Positions 25,835 to 38,563 of a stretch of DNA of 64,000 nt are shown here, one piece after another. The notes below the pieces were generated by a model, which was given only the letters and a program-made list of their open reading frames with translations, was not told the origin of the DNA and did no database searches. A program made the position numbers and the translations under genes. Position 1 is the first letter of the stretch, and each line of letters starts with the position of its first letter. This stretch comes from Adineta vaga (Eukaryota > Animalia > Rotifera): the NCBI GenBank assembly GCA_021613535.1, contig CP075495.1, forward strand, positions 13,330,001-13,394,000. Reading direction: 5' to 3'.

Positions 25835-28662
25835 TTACGCATCCATTGTTTCATTAAGTAAAGGAACTTTTGAATTAACTCGATCACGTTGAATACGTCG
25901 CCACTAAAATTAAATCATTTAATGAAAAATATAATACCAAATCAAAACTTACTTGCAAAAAGATGTATGTTGAAGTGATTATCATTCCTAGCAAAGCTAC
26001 GAACGGTAGAATATATTTAACATATGAACTAACATTCAATGAAACAATCAACCACGATAATTCCGAATGAATTTCAGGTGTAATACGTGCTTCATCATCA
26101 AACCAAACCACTGGTACTAAGATTGGTTTAACAGATCTCAATAAACTAAATTGAAATGATTTGTTTTATTGTTCGACCAAAAAATAATCTTTCATAAAAG
26201 TCTTACTCAATTTTTTCAATTCGTGGCATATAAAAACTTAGTTGTAATCGAACATTAACTTCAAATGGTACACTAGTTAACTGAATGAAGAAAAATAATC
26301 AAACTAAATATTTCACGATAGATTTCTTTACCGGATCGAAACTCATAATAAATTCATGTTTATTCTCATCTGGATACATTCCATGAACATCTTGACGAAA
26401 TTTCTTATCAGATTGAAAGAAATGCGGCGAAGAAATAAAACCCCAAACTCCTATGAAATAAAAACAATACAATCGAGATGATTTCTATTTAAAAAAATCA
26501 TTAAATTATTGTAATACCTTGATAACATGTACTAATATTCAGAACACCATCACCAAGACAAGGACCATGTCCACAAAAACCACGATTTTCTTCTCGAGAC
26601 ATATTGAATACATTCGATGATAAATGATAATCATATAATGTGACATAACCATCTTTTCTTTCACGTAAAAATGATAAATAATAAGATCTAAACGATTTTT
26701 CTACAAGATTAGTCAATCTTATTAGAAAATGAAAGTCTAAACTTACCGACACATATCAGCATTATAAGAATAAACATCTCTTGTTTTTGTTAGAAATGGT
26801 GGAAATAACGAACCATCTAAATGATTGATCAGAATTAGGAAAAAAACCAAAAGACTTTCAATGAAATGAATACTATATTTACCTGTTCCATTTAGCATAT
26901 TTGCCTGGAATGTTGACCAATAATTTAAATGTCTAAAGAAAAATCATTGAACTTCTACTAAATCGTTCGTTGATTCTTACTGAACACCATTGAATGATAT
27001 GACTTTTGCAACTTCTGTAATATCATTCAAACCAGAATGAATAGTGAAATTTTGATAATATGAACCATTTCTCTATATCAAACGATACTCTCGTATGCAA
27101 ATGAGAAATAATCTTCTAGAGAAAAATCTTACGGGTTGTAAAATACCAAATTTATTATCTTTTAATACTCCAGGTTTAACAATACTTGCTGTTTCAATCA
27201 ATGGATCTGTATAGCCTAAAGACATACATTTCTTTTCGTGTGAAATAAACTTCTGATAGATTTGTTTCTTTACCTTCCATCAATTCTTTCACAGTTACAT
27301 TTACAAATAATTTTGTCTCAAATAACTGAAGAAGAATATTAACAGCTGCTTGAATTTTCGTTGAATTAAATTGAATTTCATGTGCCATAGCCTAGAAAAA
27401 GTTTTATTTGAATTTATCATTCTAAAATATTTTCTTTTACCATTAATGGAACATTGAGAACAGTCATATATTCATCGTCAGGACCGATGGATTGGCTTCG
27501 ATCAAAATAAAGTGTTGTTATTGGAATGTATGAAAGTGTTTCTAAATCATCACTATAGAAAATATTCGATCGATTCCATTGTTCACTAAATATAAAGAAA
27601 GATAAAATCAATATTATAATTAATAATTAATCGAATCTATCTCGTACCGATAAACATATGGTCCACGTTCAATTAATTCTGGTATTCCACCATTTTGTAC
27701 TTCAATTGGATTAGTACAATGCCATATATACATTTTTCGATGAATCGTCGCTGGTGGATCTTTCCAAAATCGATGACCTTCTCGTCCTTGAATGATTACC
27801 ATTTTCTACACAAAGAAAGTTTACTTTTTTATTTCTTCAAACTAAAGAAAAACTTGGTTTTACAAACATTGGATAGAATTGTGTGTACTGCTAGGTCCAG
27901 TGTAAATAACATAACAAGAGCCAAAACAAAAAAAATACAATTAACGATAAAACATGTCGAGCATTTACGATTGCTTCGACATGGATTGAATGAAGACATT
28001 TTTAATGATGTAGTCAAAAGATCATTTTGCACTAAAGTAAAAAAGGAAAAGAAACAAACGCCATTTTTTTCTTTATCTCGAAGATATATTTTGATTATAT
28101 AACAAATAAGTTTTTTTTCTTTTCTTTCGGTGTTCTCAAAACAATATATACCTTGCTCGTCAAAGTCGTTTAAACACTGATTCATGATAATGGAACGAAG
28201 GTTTTAAGGTAGAATGACGATCTTTGTTGATAATAGAACGTAGAAAACACGAATTTTCTTGATTTAAATTCGAATAATCATGTTCGTTATTAGTGAAAAG
28301 ATATTTATGTAGAAGTCTACCATATATACCCCCTGGTGGTGAAAACATATTATTTAACCAGAACATATTATATAACCAGCATTGAAAATGAGGAAGGCGT
28401 ATGTGGATGATTCATAACCTATCGCATCTGTGGTTGATAGAACAAGAAAAATACGAACGAATAGGAGAGAGGAAAAAAGAATAGTTCTCAAACACGTGAC
28501 AAGAATGAAGAGAAAGAGAATTCAACCATACTTACGATTGGCAGCTTCAGGTTCATTGGTTGTTAATTTGATCTTTTCATCGTTATCCTTTGAGGGATAA
28601 TTATTTTCAATAGATGTTATTTTTGTATTGTTAGTAAATTCATTTTCATAAATAACCGTCAT
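25835..28662 (-). CDS. CD36/SCARB (LIMP-2-like) scavenger receptor class B
   Basis: N- and C-terminal TM helices; WKDPP, NPIEVQNGGIPELIERGPYVY, NGTDGSLFPP, SSPHFFQSD, PVVWFD. A first exon (MTVIYENE..., ATG 28662) splices in frame to the exon carrying MSSFNPC (ATG 27999). Confidence 0.9.
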
Positions 28663-30062
28663 GTTGATGAAATCTAGAAGATACTTTTGCTGTTATTTTA
28701 CTCGAGAAATGCTTGAAATAAACAGTCTCGTATTTTATTTTAAACTGAAATCAAAGAAAAGATATATACATGTAGTGCATATCTATTCAGGCGTGATATA
28801 ATGTGCATCATGGATTGTCGGAATATGTTTTTTTTTGCTTTCTTTTTGTATATATTTATCTGGTATATATTTTTAGTTTCTACTTACTATTATATAATCG
28901 AATAATTACACAAGAATGAAAGTGTGGAGTCCAACGAGAATGAATTTGTTTATTAAATTGCTTTGATATTTGAAAATATTTATCTGAATTGAAAAAGAAT
29001 GGTTAAAATACTAGTCTTGGAATGATAAGAATGCCAGATAGTTAAATAATACTTCAGTATTTTATACTTAGCAGGAATGAAACGTATTAAAGTGTCTGTC
29101 CCGAAGATAAGTTGAGAGATTGAACAGAATGCATACTAATCCTTTTCTGCATGCGAATAAAACATTTGTCTTACAAGACATGTATTTATAGTTTGGGGAA
29201 AACGTGAGTTTCTTTCTTCTCATGATTTACGATAAACTTATAGAAAAAGACTTGCTAATGAAATATCATACAAAACTATCACAATTATCTAAGAAAGATG
29301 ATTTATCTATTTCGATGAAATTTATTCATGTATCAAATATTTATTGAGTAAAACGCAACTAAAAATAGTAACATTAGATAAGTTCACTTCATGGAAATGG
29401 AAAGAACAAATGATGAAATATGTCCTTGTTTGATCATTTTTACAAGAATTTTGAAAGAAAACAGCATGACAGATGTCTTGATAACAAACAGATAAATATT
29501 TCGTGGCGTATCATTTTGCATTCTCCACAGCTATTACAATTGTATGCAGTCTTTGATCATCTTCGATTTTTCTAACACAAAATATCATCTAGTTTTGTTT
29601 TTAACTGCTGAAAAAGAATTGATTAATTAGATAATTTCTGTATAAGAAGTACGCCTTTAAACAGACGCTGTCTTCAAAAATAATCGATTAAAACAATACA
29701 ATGGTATAACCTATTTGTCAATACTTCATACTATCCTTTCGAATGAAATGATTTGTTCAACAAAGATCGTTCATAAAGAAAAACCAAATATGTGCAAAAC
29801 AAAATTCAAGCGTTTTATTTTTTCTATAATAAAACACTCAGTTAATCCGAGTGATTCATATAAAAAAAAGGCAAGAACACATGAGAATAAGAGAAAAACG
29901 AACGATATAAGTTGTTAAAAGAAGCAAAACAGACTAAGACAGTTAAGAAACGGAAATAAATCGCACACTCTAGCACGTAAACATCGTGTGAATACGTTGA
30001 AAAGATTAACCTATGTTAAAAAAAACAATGTCGATATATTAATGAAATTTCTTTTCGTAGAT

Positions 30063-33000
30063 TTATCGACGATAGGATGATGATTGCATGAAACGAAGTG
30101 TTGGTCGTTCTTGTGTTTGTTGAACGAATGGTGCTAGAATTTAATTTAAAAAAAAGTTTAATTGCTTTTGAATGAACACAAAACTATTCATCATTTACTT
30201 CTTTGTTGATCATATTGTTGATCTGAAACCATAGGTTTTTGAGTTTGTACGCGACGATTGTATTCTCTCATCAATGGTAATGAAAAGAGTCGTTGCATTT
30301 TTGGAACTTCTTTACGTGCATTGATTTGATTGTATGCTTTACCATATGAACTGAAAGCAATAAGATATATCAGCTAGTTCTAATAGAATTTTCTTATTTC
30401 TTACTTTTGATCATTTGAAATCATATGTGGATTATAATTACGGTAACGATGACCTTGTTGTTTATCAATACTTTGATCAGTTAAACTGACTGTTGGTCGA
30501 TTGTATGCTAATTTAGATTCGTGTTTGTTATAATTAATTTGATATGATGATGGTTGATCTTCAGCTGGACGTGCTGGTGATGTTTCTTCTCGATCACAGA
30601 TTTTACTTTCTTGGTTCCAGAATAAACCACCTGCACATGGTCGAACATAGAAAATATCACCATTACATTGTACATAAGCATGAGCACTATATGCAAATGG
30701 ATAGTATTGTTCATGTTCTTGTTCCGAAGCCAAACATGGATTTGGTACAGTGTCTAAAGATTAAAAAAAGACAATCGATATGATGATAAAAAGAAATATT
30801 TTTTATTAAGACATACTTCGTCCACAAGTTAAACCATATGATTTTCGTCCATCGCAAGTACAAACGTAATCTTGTTTATAATCGCTTGCAACTAATGTAT
30901 GACATTCATTACCTTCGCCACATGGATTGGATGCGCATGACGATACAGGTGTTTCACAACGTTCACCTGTCCATGGACCACGGCAAGTACATCTAAATGT
31001 TGTTGGACTTGTCTGATAGCATTGACCACCATTTAAACATGGTTCTTCACGGTCACAAATTGATCTAGATTTGTCAACTTTTTCACATTGATCAATATCA
31101 GGATTATAAATAAGACTCGATGGACAATCCATGATTTCATATACATCTTCATTTAAACATGAAATATATTTTGTTGAATCTGATGGATGTGGTACATTAG
31201 TTTTAGCAGTTTGACCAGTACATGGTGATGCTAAAAGAAATTGAATACAATGAAATTAAATAAAAGTATTTAAAGGTTGTCTTACAATGACGAATTGGTG
31301 CGGATGGTAAGCGAGTTTGTTGTTTATTTAAATTCATTGATAATACACGCGATTGTTGTGGAAATGATCGTTCTTGGTTTTGTACCAAAAGAGGTGTATC
31401 TTGATCAACATTTAAATCATAATTACGTCTTTTACGATAATAATCTCCACTGGAATAATCAGAGTCGTAATTTGATGAATAACCACTTTTCTTGTTAGGT
31501 GAATAGTCATTATATCCATTGTATGAGTTACTTTGATAGTTTCCATTCCTAATCGAAAGAATACATTATATGAAGATTTTATTTGTGACTTCAATACGAA
31601 CTTTTTATAGTTTGATGTCGAATAACTATTATCACTAAAGAAGAAACAAGAAACATATAAGATAGTAAAGATTCATTAATATTATTAAGAAAAAAACGTA
31701 CGAATAAGAATTGCCATAACCACCTTTGTTGTTATAAGATTTTCCATAACCTTTGTTATAATCTCCACTACCATAGTTATCGTAATCTTTCTTGTAACCA
31801 CCTTTACCATAGTTGTCATAACCTTTGTTATAACCGCTTTTACCATAGTTGTCATAACCTTTGTTATCATAACCCTTGTTATAACCACCTTTACCATAGT
31901 TGTCATAACCTTTGTTATCATAACCCTTGTTATAACCACCTTTACCATAGTTGTCATAACCTTTGTTGTCATAGCCTTTGTTATAACCGCCTTTACCATA
32001 GCCACCTTTTCCTCCACTAATGTGAATAAAACAGAATTGTTTTTATGAAAAGGAAATGACTGAGATCGAATTACAATACTTACAAATCGTCATAGATGTC
32101 GAATCCACCTGGGAATGGGAATGGCTCAAAGAATGGACCTGGAAATCCACCGTAGAATTCATCACCAAATGGAAAACCACCGCCGAAACTACGAAGAAAA
32201 ATGAAAGTATTTAATTTTTAACATCTCATATCATAGTCTTCTATATGTTTCCTGATGAATGGAATAGCGTAAAGCATTCTATATGAAGTTTATTAGGCAA
32301 AAATCTTACCCGAAATCGGAATCAAATGGATCATCGAAGAATGGTTCAAAGCCAAACGGTCCACCAAGAGGTCCAAATGGTCCACCAAAAGGTTCTAAAG
32401 GTCCACCAAAAGGTGCACCAATAGGTCCAAATGGTCCACCGAAAGGTCCAAAGGGTCCACCAAGAGGTCCACCAAGAGGTCCACCGAAGGGTCCGCCAAA
32501 AGGTCCACCAAGAGGTCCGCCAAGAGGTCCGCCAAACGGTCCAAAAGGTCCGCCAAGGAATGGTGAGCCAAAAATAGGTGGTGGGCCAGGAACTATAGAA
32601 AAATAGGATTGAAAAATAAGACTAATTATAATAAAAAACACATACTGAAAGTTGCTGGAATGCTCATAGGAAGAGGTGGGAGTAATGGACCGCCAAGTGG
32701 TATTGGTAGTGGTGGAATCATTGGAGGAAGGAAGGGTGGAAGTGGTGGTGGAAGTATTGGAGGTCTGTAATTAGAACAATAATACGTAAGATTGAAAAGA
32801 TTTCATGGTATAATACATACGGAATAGGTGCAATAGGTGGAACTATTGGAGGAATAATTGGAGGTCTAAAAATGTATATAATGTATTAACTAGAAATAGT
32901 TTAAATAATAAATTTAAGAACATACGGAATTGGTCCAAAGGGTGGGATGATAGGTGGTCTAAAATGAACAAATATTGTTTCTGAACTGATAAATTACAAT

Positions 33001-36000
33001 ATTACATACCCAAAGAATGGTGGTGGAATTGGTGGTCTAAAATGAACAACTATATTGTTTCTGAAGCGATAAATTACAGTATTACATACCCAAAGAATGG
33101 TGGTGGAATTGGTGGTCTAAAATGAACAACTATATTGTTTCTGAAGCGATAAATTACAGTATTACATACCCAAAGAATGGTGGTGGAATTGGTGGTCTAA
33201 AATGAACAACTATATTGTTTCTGAAGCGATAAATTACAATATTACATACCCAAAGAATGGTGGTGGAATAAGAGGACCTGGGATTCCAATAGGACCTGGA
33301 AAGCCTGGTAATGGAATAAGACCAGGAACAGGTGGACCTGGAAGAAAAACACATATTTTACATATATATATATAAATGAAATTTAGTTTTGAGCAAAAAT
33401 CTGATTATTTACCGAGAGGTACTTCAAAATTAATTGGATCCGAAAATAATCCACCGGGGAAAAAGCGTTTCTTGCGTTCAACTGTTGAGCGTTTCTTTCG
33501 TCCATATGAATAGGATGATCCACTTCCGTAATTGTTGTTACTGGTACCGTACGACGATGATCCATAATTGTTGTTACCTGCTGGATATTCAGCGATCGTT
33601 GGCCAGTCACATACATTAATTCGTGAATTCCAGACAAGATAATTCGGGCATGGTTTAACATACATACGTTCAAGTGAACATTGAATGTAACAGCGTGGAT
33701 AGCCGGGTATTGGATAAAATTGTGCTCCGTTAATTGTGCATGGATTTTCAGTTGGTGCTAGAATAAAAATACATAACGCAATGACGAAATATGCTAAATT
33801 TAAAACAAGTCTTACTAGGTCCACATTGAGATAAATCAAGTTTTTCTGGGTAATAATTAGTATATTCGCCTGTCGATTGAATACCATATGGTGGGCCGTA
33901 AGTTGGTTCCGAATACGATGAACCATAGCTACCACTGTTACCGTATGACGAACCACCACCATAACTACCACCATTACCATAAGATGTTGGTGCAGCAGAT
34001 TTAGCTGCAGTACCATATGATGAGCCACCACCATAACTACCGCCATTACCATAAGATGTTGGTGCAGCAGATTTAACTGCAGTGCCATATGATGAGCCAC
34101 CACCATAACTACCGCCATTACCATAAGATGTTGGTGCAGCAGACTTAACTGCGGTACCATAAGATGATCCGACTGATTTGACGGTGTTACCATATGATGA
34201 ACCACCGAGTGTACGGTCACCGCCATATGATGTTGATGGAGCAACTTTAGCACTACCTCCATAGGATGAATCAACAATGTTGCGATCACTGCCATAAGAC
34301 GATGGTCCGACAGATTTGATAGCGCTGCCATATGCTGATCCAGTAGATTTGATATTGCTGCCAAATGATGAACCACCGAGTGTACGGTCACCGCCATATG
34401 ATGTTGATGGAGCAACTTTAGCACTACCTCCATAGGATGAATCAACAATGTTGCGATCACTGCCATAAGACGATGGTCCGACAGATTTGATAGCGCTGCC
34501 ATATGCTGATCCGGTAGATTTGATATTGCTGCCAAATGATGAATCACCGAGTGTACGATCGCTACCGTATGATGATGATGGAGCAGATCTGTCGACTGAA
34601 CCATATGATGATGAAGCAGATCTATCGACTGAACCATATGATGATGGAGCAGATCTATCGACTGAACCGTATGATGATGATGATGGAGCGGATCTGTCGA
34701 CTGAACCATATGATGATGGAGCAGATCTATCGACTGAACCATATGATGATGAAGCAGATCTGTCGACTGAACCATATGATGATGATGGAGCGGATCTGTC
34801 GACTGAACCATATGATGATGGAGCAGATCTGTCGGCTGAACCATATGATGATGATGATCGGGTTAAAACAGATGTGCTTGGATAATCATTTACAAATCGT
34901 GCTTGTGAACCATAGTCATTATATGATGTACTTCTGTCTTGAACGTTACCATCAATTAAACGATTTGATTCGATAATAGCTAAAGTGTAAAACATAGATG
35001 AAATATTTAACATAAATTAATATATTCTTACATGGACAAAATTCTGATTTTTCTGGAAGTTGATCGCAACTAATTGCTGTAAGATCAAAATCATTGCATC
35101 GATTTTTAACAGCTAAAAGAAAAGAAAATGAACTGAATAACCTGTTAGGTATGTAAACGAATATATTTACCTCGACAAAAACTAGCACACGGAAGAATTG
35201 CATCGCTGTCACATGGTGGAAAAAATAAAGGACATGTAAACATACGTATATCTTTGAAACAATCAGATTCTAATGCTGGTCGAAGTGTATTTAATAAATC
35301 ATTTGCTCCATCTTTTGAATTGTGACCAAAAAAATTTGGTAATGAAAATGTGGTTTGTGGTAATACCGAACAGTAACGAGAAAATGATGGAAAAACTGAA
35401 TCAATGATATTATAGCATGTATTTGTACTAGCACTACGGCTATCACCAGCAGCTGGTACAGGTGCAGATGAACCATATTGTTGTGCAGTACCACTGGTTA
35501 CACTAAATAGAAAGAAATTATTTTTCATGCTGTTGACTTTTCTTTAAACGTACTCAGAACCAGTATTTCTAGTATCAACCATAGATTGTTGATTGCTGAC
35601 TGGTTGTGCAGCTTGTTGTGCAACAGCAGGTTGTTCGGATCCAGCACCCAATTGTGAGCCTACAGCTCCTTGTCCACCGAATCCACCACCTAACTGTGAA
35701 CCCGCAGCTCCTTGTCCGCCGAATCCACCACCGAATTGTGATCCCATAGCTCCTTGTCCGAATCCACCACCGAATTGTGATCCCATAGCTCCTTGTCCGC
35801 CGAATCCACCACCGAACTGTGAACCCATAGCTCCTTGTCCGCCGAATCCACCACCGAACTGTGAGCCCATAGCTCCTTGTCCGAATCCACCACCGAATTG
35901 TGAACCCAAACCAGCTTGTCCAAATCCAGAAGCAAGTTGATTTGCAGATGGTTGTTGTTGAAAGGCTCCTGGGGATGAAAAACCGCCCCATGAGGACATC

Positions 36001-36260
36001 TGCGATTGTCCAAAACCAAATGGTTGTGCACCAAAATTTTGACCAGCTTGTCCAACTGAAAAATGTCAACAGATAATACATAAATATACATATTATTTAT
36101 AAAAAATATAATTAAACATTATACCTGTAGTGGCTTGTCCAGAGATACTAGTTGCCAATAGAAGGCACAATAACAGTTTCAAATGAACCTTAATCATAGA
36201 TATTATTAGAAATTTCATAATAATTTAAGTTTAAATTTCATGAAACCATACCTGTTTCAT
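30063..36260 (-). CDS. Large secreted repetitive polyprotein: signal peptide, Gly/Gln/Phe repeats, Frizzled CRD, SSYG repeats, chitin-binding (CBM14-like) domain, RKKR x2, Pro/Phe/Gly-rich block, Tyr/Lys/Gly/Asn repeats, RKRR, CBM14-EGF-EGF-CBM14
   Basis: More than 20 exons joined by GT-AG introns from MKQ|VHLKLLLCLLLATSISG to ...QSSSYRR*. Fz CRD (LPNFFGH..C...FTCPLFFPPC..PCASFC..VK.RC) at ~35030-35420; CBM14-like domains at ~33600-33750, ~31080-31225 and ~30590-30745. Confidence 0.8.
31715..32016 (-). repeat. Coding tandem repeat (54 bp) GKGGYNKGYDNKGYDNY
   Basis: Directly visible repeats such as ataacctttgttatcataacccttgttataaccacctttaccatagttgtc. Confidence 0.9.
32959..33269 (-). repeat. 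Tandem 78-80 bp intron+micro-exon units (27-nt exon PPIPPPFFG)
   Basis: Units begin at 32959, 33037, 33117 and 33197, are near identical, and each has a gtatgt donor and ttttag acceptor on the minus strand. Confidence 0.95.
33920..34860 (-). repeat. Coding repeats SSYGSVDRSAP (~8 copies), a 180-bp duplicated block, and KSAAPTSYGNGGSYGGGSSYG (x3)
   Basis: Visible in ORF 33748-35013 and in the DNA. Confidence 0.9.
35650..35910 (-). repeat. Coding repeat GSQFGGGFG(G)QGAM (~6 copies)
   Basis: Visible in ORF 35544-35999. Confidence 0.9.
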
Positions 36261-37228
36261 CTTGGGGTTTAATAGAAGTCCAATATCGACGTTAATAATA
36301 CGCATAAATATGACGATAACCAAATCGTCCCTCTACTCTTATTCTCTTCTTTCTATCTAGTGCGCGTGTTTGCGTCTAATAACGACCGCGTTCGTGTGCA
36401 AAGTGAAGATGAACAACGGCAGTGACACGGCTTTTCTAGATTCGATCTGGGGATGATGATATCACTCACTCTCTCTCTCTTTCGTTAGATCTCTCTGGAA
36501 TTACCCTCGAATGCCTTTCTTTGTTAGCTTCAAACATGATGATATATACATAGATATGTATGTAACAATCGAAGTATTAAACTATCCCTTGATTCGAAGA
36601 AAAGAAGAAAAATCTATTCGTTTACTTCTAACATAGCAGACGAACAAAGAATATAAGAAAACATTACTACTACATATTTCTCTATCTATTCTACGAATAG
36701 AATAAACACATATATATGATTTGTAGCTATCTAATTCGAGGTGATCTGACGTCACTGATGTTTTCAAGAATCAAATCAATGAAATGATTTTATACTACAT
36801 TAATGTGAATCGTTTATACAGTGCATTTTGTATATTTACAAATAAATCTATTTTTCTTTAAAATGTAAACTAGGATAAAAACAAACATTAGTGCGTGCCT
36901 TGTAGAAAGTAATCGAAACACAAATAAAACGAATCGATCTAATTTAATTATACGGATTGAATTAAAAAATGATGTCAATAATTAATTAAATATTTTTCAA
37001 ATATATCAGTATACGTTTCATAAACCCACTAGAGAAAATGAATTTCAATTTAATGAAAAATATTCTAAAATAATATTGACAAAAGAGATATTTTCGTGTT
37101 TTTTGGTCCGAAAGAAATTTGATCTAAGATATATCAATCCTTCATCATGAATAAAATACAGCTATAAAAATATCGATGAAAAAAAGCAAACTAATACATT
37201 TTCTACTTAAATCATTGTTGTTAAAAAC

Positions 37229-38208
37229 ATGCCTTCCGTTTTGTAAGTCATATGATAATCATTAAATGTTTTTTATCTGACTTTTTTTTGAAGAAAAACG
37301 GTCTTTCTTATTTTTAATTTCGCTGTTGTTTTCATATCAGCACAAGGTAATTTTATTGATCATATTCTCCAATAATTTTCTATTTCTTAATTGTTAAGAA
37401 ATCGCTTCAAAAGCATGTGCATGTTATAATCAAGGTATCTGCGATGCATATACAGGTGAATGTATTTGTCCGGCAGGTTTTCTGGGTCGACAATGTGAAC
37501 AATCACAACGTAGGATAAGAGATCTTTTATAGACAATCGTATGTTCTCATTTTATTTCCGATAGCAACAACTCTATGTAATAACATTTCTTGTAAGAATT
37601 CCGGAGTATGTAATATACTCTCAGCTACTGAATCGAGTTGCTGGTGTTTATTAGGTAGAGAAGAAACTATTGAAATGACTTTTCGATTACGAAATATATG
37701 TTTTCTTTTAGGTTTTCATGGTGAATATTGTGAACGACAGCAAGGTTGAGAAACGAAATATCTTTTGAGAAAACTTATTTTTGTATTTTGAATTATTAGC
37801 TGCTTCACGTTGTACGCAGATTCAATGTCAAAATGGTGCGACATGTTATGAACATTCACCAGGCTCGAGTATCTTTGCTTATTGTGTTTGTCCACCAGGA
37901 TTTACTGGACGATTCTGTGAAACAGGTCATTAAATAAACTCTTTTTTCAATATTTATTTTTTTTTGTTTGTTTGTTTAAGAATATTTTCGTTGTCCACAA
38001 GCAGGTACATTTGCTGATGAATATAAATGTGCTCAAGGTTTCTATTTTCTTTGTGATTATTCAAGTAAGAAAATGGACTAAGTAACTGAATAATTCTATT
38101 TGAATTTTAGATCATCGTATTGCTGGTCGATGTCCACGAGGACTTCGATTTAATCTAATGAAAATGTCATGTGATCATGGCAATGCTGTAACATGTCCTA
38201 ATAAATAA
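37229..38208 (+). CDS. Small secreted protein: 3 EGF-like domains + C-terminal 6-Cys chitin-binding (CBM14/peritrophin-A) domain
   Basis: Eight short exons: [23 protein letters not shown]; [26 protein letters not shown]; CQNGATC...[13 protein letters not shown]; [22 protein letters not shown]...[23 protein letters not shown]. Confidence 0.85.
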
Positions 38209-38563
38209 GATTGTAAAAGAAAAAGAAAAAAATATATGATTTAAATCGGATTAAATTTTGTTGTTGTTCTCATCATCATCATTGAAAGGATATTTTGCAT
38301 TATCCTTGATAGTCTGAAATTTCAAATCGTTGTTGAAGGTGATATTTGTGTGTTGTTATATTCAAAAGAATACATATTTGTTCATTTTCTTTTTGAATGA
38401 TGTTATTGAAAAGAAATTTGTTCAACCTTGAATAGTCAGATTAAATATACGAGGGTGGATGTACAATAATAAAAAACACGACTTTTTTTTCTCAGTTAAA
38501 TTCACAAGGTAAAAATTGTAAGACATTACAGTTTTGATTAATAGAAAAATAAAAAAGAAGAAA

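Noticed and set aside
32283-32606. Plus-strand collagen-like GPPKGPPR ORF
   Set aside because: Antisense of the GGPF exon; the period is 4 residues rather than Gly-X-Y, and it has no signal peptide or gene context.
32959-33269. CRISPR-like regularly spaced repeats
   Set aside because: No unique spacers and no cas genes; the units are eukaryotic intron+exon duplications.
33405-34844. 479-aa His-rich ORF (LLHHHMVQS repeats)
   Set aside because: Alternate-frame shadow of the SSYG repeat exon. Splice phases select the 33748-35013 frame; only the part below ~33757 (chitin-binding domain) is real coding sequence.
7554-35425. Wnt/Hedgehog 'pathway cluster' (beta-catenin-like, Sufu, Fz CRD)
   Set aside because: The genes are separated by unrelated housekeeping genes; co-location is plausible by chance in a gene-dense genome.
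35593-35940. Plus-strand Cys/Pro repeat ORF (CPPNPPPNCEPIAP) resembling minicollagen or metallothionein
   Set aside because: Antisense shadow of the Gly-rich repeat exon; the splice signals support the minus strand.
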